Positions 17,672 through 24,023 of a stretch of 49,834 nucleotides of DNA are shown here, one piece after another (the stretch's first letter is position 1; each line of letters starts with the position of its first letter). The DNA comes from Dehalococcoidales bacterium. Lineage in GTDB: Bacteria; Chloroflexota; Dehalococcoidia; Dehalococcoidales; RBG-16-60-22. The notes beneath the pieces are model-generated. The model saw nothing but the letters and a program-made list of their open reading frames with translations, ran no database searches and was not told where the DNA came from. The stretch is from the NCBI GenBank assembly GCA_034430515.1, contig DAOUEP010000035.1, forward strand, positions 1 to 49,834, written 5' to 3'. A program made the translations under genes and the position numbers.

Positions 17672-17701
17672 ATTATATTATGGGGGCAAGGGGGTTGTCA
17701 A
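17672..17701 (-). promoter_or_regulatory. Near-consensus sigma70-type promoter for the ABC-F leader
   Basis: Minus strand TTGACA (17696-17701), 18-nt spacer, TATAAT (17672-17677), starting 15 nt after the tRNA-Arg 3-prime end. Confidence 0.6.
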
Positions 17702-17715
17702 TGCTCGGAAAGGAG

Positions 17716-17790
17716 TGGTACCCCTGGTGCGACTCGAACGCACGCACGCGGTTTAGGAAACCGCTGCTCTATCCTCTGAGCTACAGGGGC
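17716..17790 (-). tRNA. tRNA-Arg (anticodon CCT)
   Basis: The reverse complement is GCCCCTGTAGCTCAGAGGATAGAGCAGCGGTTTCCTAAACCGCGTGCGTGCGTTCGAGTCGCACCAGGGGTACCA. 75 nt, anticodon loop TTCCTAA, CCA encoded, G1-U72 wobble. Confidence 0.9.
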
Positions 17791-17853
17791 ACGTCGGCGT
17801 TGCCAAGCCTAATTTTAGCAGCAAAACGGGGCATCCGCAACCGGGGGCGGCCT

Positions 17854-18261
17854 TTAGTCGGTGCGGTGGCCGGTGAGCGAGACCGCCATGCAGACGTAGG
17901 GCTTGTCGATGCGCTTGGTAACGATGGGGCAGTGGTAGAGGCCGGCCGGGGCCACCAGCACGGTGGGCTTATCAAAGGTATGTTTTTCCTCCTGGCCCGG
18001 CGCGCCGACGGATACCTCCACCTCGGCGCCCAGCTCGTCGAGGTGGGCCGGGTCGGAGCCGATGAAGAAAACGGCCTCGTCGTACCGGTGCACGTGGGGC
18101 TTGGTGGAGAGGCCGGTGATGCCCGTTTCGTAGGCGCAGGCGTAAATGACGTTGAGGTTGAGGCCCCCCAGCACCTCGCCGCCGGTGGCGAACAGGGCCC
18201 CGTTGGGCGTCTGGTGGAAGGGGATGGTTACCAGGTTTTTAGCGTATTTGGTTTCGGCCAT
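17854..18261 (-). CDS. Small metal-binding cupin of unknown function
   Basis: 135 aa. Cupin motif 1 HVHRYDEAVFFIG and motif 2 APAGLYHCP. Paralog of 44154..44588. Starts 2 nt after the upstream DUF169 gene. Confidence 0.65.
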   Translation of the reverse strand: MAETKYAKNLVTIPFHQTPNGALFATGGEVLGGLNLNVIYACAYETGITGLSTKPHVHRYDEAVFFIGSDPAHLDELGAEVEVSVGAPGQEEKHTFDKPTVLVAPAGLYHCPIVTKRIDKPYVCMAVSLTGHRTD

Positions 18262-18263
18262 GT

Positions 18264-19019
18264 CTATTCCTCGATTCTCTTTCTCAGGTCTTTCAGCAGC
18301 TGGTTGACGCGCTTACGGTGGGCCGGTCCGCCCGGGCCCGGCGGGGTGGGCTTGGCGTCGATTGCCTTGAGGTTATCCAGCGCGATGGGGAGCACCTGGA
18401 AAGGTATTGAGATGATGAACAGCCCCGGCGGGAAGATATTGAGCTCCTGCATGCCCAGCCCCAGGCCGGTGATGAAGTAGTTCAGCTCGCCGCTGACGAC
18501 GGGGTAGACGTAAATCCAGGCGCAGGCCACTACCGGCGTCGACCGGCTCACGTAAGGCCGGCCGGTGGAGTAGTTGACCGAGCGCAGCAGCACCTGGGCC
18601 TGCGAGACGTCGGCGACCACGATGAGTAAATCGGGGTCGAAGGTAAGCTCGGGGAGCGGCGCGAAGGCCACGTAATGCACCGAGCCTTCGGGCAGGCGGG
18701 GCAGGTACTGGTACATGGCGCGGCAGGCGCTGTTATCGCGGTAGAGTCCCTCGTCCCCGCCCAGCATCCCGGTAACCAGCGCCGGCTCCGGGTCTTCCAT
18801 GCCCAGTATCATCTGCTCCACGCCCACGCAGACCCAGTCCTCCGGCGCCACGTAAAAGGCGCCGTTCTCCTGCGCCTCCTTGAGCATCTCGCAGAAGTTG
18901 ACCTCCTTGCTTATTCGGGGGATGCCTTCCGGCCGGGCGGCGAGGAACTTGACCCCCACCGGCGGGCGCGCGAAGTTGAACTTGTCCAGTACCGAGTAGT
19001 CCCTGGTCTTGGCGCTCAT
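18264..19019 (-). CDS. DUF169 (COG2043)-like protein
   Basis: 251 aa. N-terminal PPVGVKF ... FCEM pattern, YVAFAPL and FDPDLLI. SD AGGAGG. Paralogs at 19042..19785 and 36905..37657. Confidence 0.6.
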   Translation of the reverse strand: MSAKTRDYSVLDKFNFARPPVGVKFLAARPEGIPRISKEVNFCEMLKEAQENGAFYVAPEDWVCVGVEQMILGMEDPEPALVTGMLGGDEGLYRDNSACRAMYQYLPRLPEGSVHYVAFAPLPELTFDPDLLIVVADVSQAQVLLRSVNYSTGRPYVSRSTPVVACAWIYVYPVVSGELNYFITGLGLGMQELNIFPPGLFIISIPFQVLPIALDNLKAIDAKPTPPGPGGPAHRKRVNQLLKDLRKRIEE

Positions 19020-19041
19020 TTTAGCCTCCTGTTAGTGCGTC

Positions 19042-19785
19042 TCAGGACTCTTTTTCCAGCTTGCCGACAATGCGGCGTATCTTCTGCTTGTGCCCCTCCG
19101 CCCCCAGCCGAAACGACTCCGGCTCCCACTCCATTTCAGCGAGGTTCTGCATCATGCCGGGGAGCTTGTCCCAGGGGATGGAGATGAGCATGCGGCCCTC
19201 CGGGAAGAGCCGCCGCGCCTTCATGCCGAAACCCAGGCCGGTAACGGTGAGGTTGACCTCGCCGGTGAGGTAGGGCTTGAGGTAGAGCCAGGTGCAGCCG
19301 GCCACCGGCGTGCCTTCCGCCGACCAGGTCTCGCCGGTGGTGTAGCCCTTGGCGCGCAGCAGTATCTCGGCCTGGCTTACCGTGGCCATGATAATGAGCA
19401 GGTCGGGGTCAAAGCTGAGTTTGTCCAGCGGCGCGAAGGCGACGTAGCGCACCGAGTTGTGGGCCAGGCGGGGCAGGTACTGGTAGATGCGGCGGTTGGC
19501 ACGGGGATCCTTGTAGGCGCCCAGCGCCGGCCCGACGCGCCCGCTTTCGAAGACGGTGTCCCCCTCCACCATGCCCAGCATCAGCGGGCCGATGCAGGTG
19601 AAGTCCTCCCGGGTCACGTAGAAGGCCCGGCCCTGCTGCGCCTCGGCCAGCATCTCGCAGAAGTCCAGCACCTTGCCCGGCCGCTGGATGCCTTCAGGCT
19701 TAGTTGAGGTGAACTTGACGCCCACCGGCGGGCGCTCGAAATCAAACTTCTTGAGAATGGCGAGTTCCTTGGGGATGGGGCTCAT
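19042..19785 (-). CDS. DUF169 (COG2043)-like protein
   Basis: ATG at 19785 with GGAGG 5 nt upstream (the track start at 19800 is a TTG). PPVGVKF, FCEM, YVAFAPL and FDPDLLI. Confidence 0.6.
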   Translation of the reverse strand: MSPIPKELAILKKFDFERPPVGVKFTSTKPEGIQRPGKVLDFCEMLAEAQQGRAFYVTREDFTCIGPLMLGMVEGDTVFESGRVGPALGAYKDPRANRRIYQYLPRLAHNSVRYVAFAPLDKLSFDPDLLIIMATVSQAEILLRAKGYTTGETWSAEGTPVAGCTWLYLKPYLTGEVNLTVTGLGFGMKARRLFPEGRMLISIPWDKLPGMMQNLAEMEWEPESFRLGAEGHKQKIRRIVGKLEKES

Positions 19786-19864
19786 GGCAACCTCCAACAA
19801 GAGTAGTATTGGTAACCCAATTATAGTCGCATCGCCGGAGGTTTGGCAAAAATGGGGTAGCCTG

Positions 19865-19873
19865 TGTTATAAT
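19865..19873 (+). promoter_or_regulatory. Extended -10 promoter element (TGtTATAAT) upstream of slyD
   Basis: TGTTATAAT at 19865-19873, with TTGGCA 19 nt upstream. This leaves a 5-prime UTR of about 150 nt containing a 7-bp hairpin CGGCCGC/GCGGCCG. Confidence 0.4.
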
Positions 19874-20026
19874 CGCGGGGTATATCAGTTATAAGCCCAC
19901 CTTCGGCCGCTAATCTTCAAGCGGCCGTAAACCCCCCACCGGATACTCCCCGCACTATCTCGCGCCGGTATTTCAGGCGCATTTAACCCCCGCTGTCCGG
20001 TCCCCTCCGGAAGAAAGGAGTCAACC

Positions 20027-20455
20027 ATGACAGAAGCCAGGAGCGGCGATACCGTTAAAGTCCACTACACGGGCCGCCTTGACGACGGCACCGTCTTCGA
20101 CACGTCCGCCGAGAAGGAGCCGCTGGAGTTTAAAATCGGCGCGGGGCAGCTCATCGCCGACTTCGAGCAGGCCGTCGTCGGCATGGAGCCGGGCGAGAGC
20201 AAGACGGTGATGATAACCTCCGATGACGCCTACGGCCCCCACCACGACGAGATGGTGCTCCAGATAGCCCGCCATGACCTGCCGGAAGGGCTAGACCCCA
20301 AGGTAGACCAGCGCCTGCAGGTGCGCCGCGATAGCGGCGAGACCTTCGTGGTTACGGTTGCGGCCGTCTCCGCGGAGAGCGTCACCCTGGACGCCAATCA
20401 CCCCTTGGCGGGGAAAGACCTCACCTTTGATATCCAGCTCATGGAGATTGCCTGA
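20027..20455 (+). CDS. slyD: FKBP-type peptidyl-prolyl cis-trans isomerase (SlyD-like, with IF insert)
   Basis: 142 aa. VKVHYTGRLDDGTVFDTS ... LEFKIGAGQLI ... NHPLAGKDLTFDIQL. Confidence 0.85.
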   Translation: MTEARSGDTVKVHYTGRLDDGTVFDTSAEKEPLEFKIGAGQLIADFEQAVVGMEPGESKTVMITSDDAYGPHHDEMVLQIARHDLPEGLDPKVDQRLQVRRDSGETFVVTVAAVSAESVTLDANHPLAGKDLTFDIQLMEIA

Positions 20456-20518
20456 GCCATTGCGCCCTCACCCCGTTTCGCCTATAATATTACCGGTACA
20501 GGCTGGAGGGGAGGCGGG

Positions 20519-21034
20519 ATGCAGATTAACGTCTCTCAGCTGCTTCAGGCGCCCGTCGGGGCAGTCCGGGACTACGCGGTCGACGAAGCGGCTGATATTA
20601 CCGGCAACGGTAGAGAGAAAAATATCCGGGGGGAGTGCCGCCTGCTGCGCACGCCGCGCAGCATTCTGGTAAAGTGCGTACTTACTACCGAGGTGGAGCT
20701 GGGTTGCAGCCGCTGCCTGGGCCGCTTCCGCCACCCCCTGAAGATAAAATTTGAAGAGGAGTATTTCCCCACCGTGGATGTAGACAGCGGCGCGGCGCTG
20801 CCGCCGCCGGAGGAGGCCAGCACCTTCACCATCGACGCGCACCACGTCCTGGACACCACCGAGGCGGTGCGCCAGTACGCCCTGCTGGCCGTCCCCATGA
20901 AGCCCCTCTGCCGCCCGGACTGCGCCGGGCTGTGCCCGCGCTGCGGGCATGACCTCAACCAGGGGCCGTGCGGCTGCCCGGCGGATATCGACCCGCGCTG
21001 GTCGGCCCTGACCAATATCGACCGCGCCAAATAA
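20519..21034 (+). CDS. yceD: YceD/DUF177 family protein (large-subunit rRNA accumulation protein)
   Basis: 171 aa. CSRCL ... CRPDCAGLCPRCGHDLN cysteine pattern, immediately upstream of rpmF as in many bacteria. Confidence 0.8.
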   Translation: MQINVSQLLQAPVGAVRDYAVDEAADITGNGREKNIRGECRLLRTPRSILVKCVLTTEVELGCSRCLGRFRHPLKIKFEEEYFPTVDVDSGAALPPPEEASTFTIDAHHVLDTTEAVRQYALLAVPMKPLCRPDCAGLCPRCGHDLNQGPCGCPADIDPRWSALTNIDRAK

Positions 21035-21054
21035 AAACAAGAATGGAGTAACCT

Positions 21055-21255
21055 ATGGGAGCCCTGCCGAAGAGAAAAAAGAGCAAGTCGCGTGCCGGTA
21101 ACCGGCTCAGCCACCGCGCCCTGAAACCCCCGGCGCTGGATATCTGCCCGCAATGCCACAGCCGCAAGCTGCCGCACCACGCCTGCCCCGTCTGCGGTAC
21201 TTATAACGGCCACGAGGCCATCCAGATAAAGGAGCGCAAGAAGGCGGCCGAGTAA
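21055..21255 (+). CDS. rpmF: 50S ribosomal protein L32
   Basis: 66 aa. MGALPKRKKSKSR... with CPQC...CPVCG. Confidence 0.9.
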   Translation: MGALPKRKKSKSRAGNRLSHRALKPPALDICPQCHSRKLPHHACPVCGTYNGHEAIQIKERKKAAE

Positions 21256-21274
21256 CCTCCCCCGTTAAGCGACG

Positions 21275-21311
21275 CTTCCCCGCCCCTGGCGGCACCATCC
21301 GGGCGGGGAAG
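21275..21311 (+). terminator. 11-bp GC hairpin after rpmF (terminator or attenuator-like; weak T tract)
   Basis: CTTCCCCGCCC (21275-21285) pairs with GGGCGGGGAAG (21301-21311). Confidence 0.35.
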
Positions 21312-21356
21312 TCCTGCTTTAAGCCGAAAACGCCTTTGAGGAGGGAAATAACCGAA

Positions 21357-22292
21357 ATGACGCAGTGTGCCTGGGTGTTCCCCGGACAGGGTTCGCAGGT
21401 GGTGGGGATGGGGCGCGACCTCTACGACAACGTGCCCGCCGCCCGGGCCGCCATCGACGCGGCGGACGAGGCGCTGGGCCTGCCCCTTTCCGACCTTTTC
21501 TTCAACGGGCCGGAGGACGACCTCCGCCAGACCATCAACGCCCAGCCGGCGCTGGTAACGGTGGCCTACGCCTGCCTGGCGGCGGCCCGCGAGCTCAACG
21601 GCGCCAACCTGCCCCGGCCGGCCTTTCTGGCCGGGCACAGCCTGGGCGAGTACACGGCGCTGGCGGTAGCCGGCGTCATCGACTTCCCCGCGGCGGTTAG
21701 ACTCGCCCGCGAGCGCGGCCGCCTCATGCACGAGGCGGGGCAAAAGCGGGCCGGGGCCATGGCCGCCGTCCTGGGGCTGGACGAGGACAACCTGGCCGGG
21801 ATATGCCGGGAGACCGAGACCGTCATGGCCAATGTCAACTGCCCGGGGCAAATCGTCATCAGCGGCGCCGCCGCTAACATCGCCAAGGCCATGGAGAAGG
21901 CCACCGCCGCCGGGGCCAGCCGCGTCGTGGCGCTCCAGGTGAGCGGCGCCTTCCACTCGCCCCTGATGGTACCGGCCGTAGAAGGTATGAAGCAGTACCT
22001 GGACGCCACCGAGTTCAAGACGCCCGCCATTCCTGTTGTCGGCAACGTCACCGGCCGCCCGCTGGCCGACGGGGCCGCCGTCCGAAAGGAGCTTATCGAC
22101 CAGCTCACCAACCCCGTCCAGTGGCAGCGTACCATCGAGTACATGCTGGACAATGGCGTGACCACCTTCATCGAAATCGGGCCGGGGCGGGTGCTCACCG
22201 GGCTTATCCGCCGCATCAACAAAGAGGCCACCACCATTAACATCGGCGATTTGGCGGCGGTGGAAGGATTAGGGAAACCGGCGGCGGGCTAA
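21357..22292 (+). CDS. fabD: Malonyl-CoA:ACP transacylase
   Basis: MTQCAWVFPGQGSQ start (the track begins at an upstream TTG, 21336). GHSLGEY active-site motif. Confidence 0.9.
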   Translation: MTQCAWVFPGQGSQVVGMGRDLYDNVPAARAAIDAADEALGLPLSDLFFNGPEDDLRQTINAQPALVTVAYACLAAARELNGANLPRPAFLAGHSLGEYTALAVAGVIDFPAAVRLARERGRLMHEAGQKRAGAMAAVLGLDEDNLAGICRETETVMANVNCPGQIVISGAAANIAKAMEKATAAGASRVVALQVSGAFHSPLMVPAVEGMKQYLDATEFKTPAIPVVGNVTGRPLADGAAVRKELIDQLTNPVQWQRTIEYMLDNGVTTFIEIGPGRVLTGLIRRINKEATTINIGDLAAVEGLGKPAAG

Positions 22293-22294
22293 GC

Positions 22295-22349
22295 GGTGGA
22301 TGCCGCGAGGGTGGCCCGGGTGGGAATAGATATTATAGACGGGGCGGGG
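22295..22349 (+). repeat. Intergenic repeat, Z-module copy 2
   Basis: GGTGGATGCCGCGAGGGTGGCCCGGGTGGGAATAGATATTATAGACGGGGCGGGG. See 4236 and 23202. Confidence 0.8.
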
Positions 22350-22355
22350 AGGCGG

Positions 22356-22420
22356 CTGGATTCCCGCTTGCGCGGGAATGACAAGCAGATTGCTTCGTCG
22401 CTGCGCTTCTCGCAATGACA
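22356..22420 (+). repeat. Intergenic repeat modules Y (CTGGATTCCCGC..GCGGGAATGACAAG hairpin) and X (ATTGCTTCGTCGCTGCGCTTCTCGCAAT hairpin)
   Basis: Y recurs at 28887-28915, with a half copy at 22-28937 of the same region (28922-28937). Both modules are imperfect palindromes. Confidence 0.7.
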
Positions 22421-22437
22421 TTTTAAGGGGGCAAGCC

Positions 22438-23178
22438 ATGAACCTCACCGATAGAGTCGCCATCGTCACCGGCAGCGGCCGGGGCATCGGGCGGGCCATC
22501 GCCCTCCGGCTGGCTAAGGCCGGGGCCGACATCGTCGTCAACGACATCAACGAAGCCTCCCTGGGCGATACCGTCGCCGCCGTCGAGGCTTTGGGTCGCA
22601 AGGCTCTGGCCGCCCCCGCCGACGTCAGCTCGCCGGAAGCCGTCGCCCGGATGGTGGATGCGGCCGTGGAGAATTTTAAACGTGTTGATATCTTGGTCAA
22701 TAACGCCGGCGTCACCCGCGACCAGCTGGTGATGCGCATGAGCGACGCCGACTGGGACACCGTGCTGGCCATCGACCTCAAGAGCGCCTTCCTCTGCACG
22801 CGGGCGGTGCTGCGCCACATGCTGCGGCAGCGCTGGGGCAGAATCGTCAGCCTGGCCAGCGTGGTGGGCATCACCGGCAACGCCGGGCAGGCCAACTACG
22901 CCGCCGCCAAGGCCGGCGTCATCGCCTTTACCCGCTCCGTGGCCAAGGAGGTCGCCTCGCGCGGCATTACCGCCAACGCCGTCGCCCCCGGCTACATCGC
23001 CACCGCCATGACCGGGGCGCTGGACGAAAAACATACCGCCGAGCTTATGAAGCTGGTCCCCATCGGCGCGCCGGGCACCCCGGAGGACGTGGCCGAGGCG
23101 GTGGCCTTTCTGGCCTCGGAGGAGGCGAGCTACATCACCGGGCAGGTGCTCAACATCGACGGCGGCATGGCGATATAG
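22438..23178 (+). CDS. fabG: 3-oxoacyl-ACP reductase
   Basis: MNLTDRVAIVTGSGRGIGRAIA start, NNAG, and a YAAAK catalytic Tyr/Lys. The longer track ORF (from 22378) reads through the repeat element. Confidence 0.9.
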   Translation: MNLTDRVAIVTGSGRGIGRAIALRLAKAGADIVVNDINEASLGDTVAAVEALGRKALAAPADVSSPEAVARMVDAAVENFKRVDILVNNAGVTRDQLVMRMSDADWDTVLAIDLKSAFLCTRAVLRHMLRQRWGRIVSLASVVGITGNAGQANYAAAKAGVIAFTRSVAKEVASRGITANAVAPGYIATAMTGALDEKHTAELMKLVPIGAPGTPEDVAEAVAFLASEEASYITGQVLNIDGGMAI

Positions 23179-23201
23179 TTTTAGATTAGGATTTTCGCCG
23201 T

Positions 23202-23257
23202 GCCCCGCCGCCCCGTCGGGGTTATCTATTCCCACCCAAGCCGCCCTCGGGGCATCA
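23202..23257 (-). repeat. Intergenic repeat, Z-module copy 3 (inverted relative to copies 1 and 2)
   Basis: The reverse complement is GTTGATGCCCCGAGGGCGGCTTGGGTGGGAATAGATAACCCCGACGGGGCGGCGGGGC. Confidence 0.8.
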
Positions 23258-23287
23258 ACTGCTTAACACGTAGTTTGCCCGGATTTC

Positions 23288-23998
23288 TCAGCCGTTCTCC
23301 TTCTTATCCCCCGGTACCTCCAGGCTGTTGCCGTAGCGGCGGATGCGCCACTCGCGCAGGCAGTGCAGCACCTCGCCGTCGGTGATGTCGTGCCAGTAGC
23401 GGTAGTAGTCGGCCACGTAAAAGACCGGCTCGCGCCCCACGGCGCAGGTGACCACCTTGTCCGCCACCGACTTGATTTCCTCGACGACCCCCTCCGGCCC
23501 CACCGGCACGGCGGCGATAACGGCCTGCGGCTGGCGGCGGCGCAGCGACGCGATGGCCGCCCGCATCGTGTAGCCGGAGGCCAGCCCGTCGTCGACGATG
23601 ATGACCGTCCGCCCGCTGACGACCAGGGGCGGCCTCTCATCGTGGTAGAGCAGGCTGCGCTGGCGGATATCGGCCCGCACCTGGCTCACCTGGTAGTTAA
23701 TCTGCGCCTCGTCCAGCCCGGCCCGCCGGACGACCTCCTCATTGAGGATGATGGTGCCGTCGTCGGTGACCGAGCCGAAACCTCCCTCCGGGCTGAGGGG
23801 CAGGGGTATCTTGCGCGAGATGACCAGGCCGAGGTCGGCCTCCAGCGCCAGGGCCACGCTGAGGGCCACGGCCACGCCGCCGTTGGGAATACCCAGCACG
23901 ATGGCGCTCTGGCCGGCGTATTCGCTGAGCTGGGCGGCGAGCTTACGCCCGGCGTCGTAGCGGTTCTCGAAGATGGGGGCGGCGGCCCGGTGGCGCAT
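23288..23998 (-). CDS. Phosphoribosyltransferase-family protein (COG1926-like)
   Basis: 236 aa. PRPP-binding loop VIIVDDGLASGYT. Confidence 0.7.
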   Translation of the reverse strand: MRHRAAAPIFENRYDAGRKLAAQLSEYAGQSAIVLGIPNGGVAVALSVALALEADLGLVISRKIPLPLSPEGGFGSVTDDGTIILNEEVVRRAGLDEAQINYQVSQVRADIRQRSLLYHDERPPLVVSGRTVIIVDDGLASGYTMRAAIASLRRRQPQAVIAAVPVGPEGVVEEIKSVADKVVTCAVGREPVFYVADYYRYWHDITDGEVLHCLREWRIRRYGNSLEVPGDKKENG

Positions 23999-24023
23999 AA
24001 AAACTCCTCTGCTCCGTGCCGGT

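Noticed and set aside
22378-22437. N-terminal extension of fabG (MTSRLLRRCASRNDILRGQA)
   Set aside because: The extension is encoded by the palindromic intergenic repeat modules. The canonical FabG N-terminus, MNLTDRVAIVTGSGRGIG, starts at 22438.
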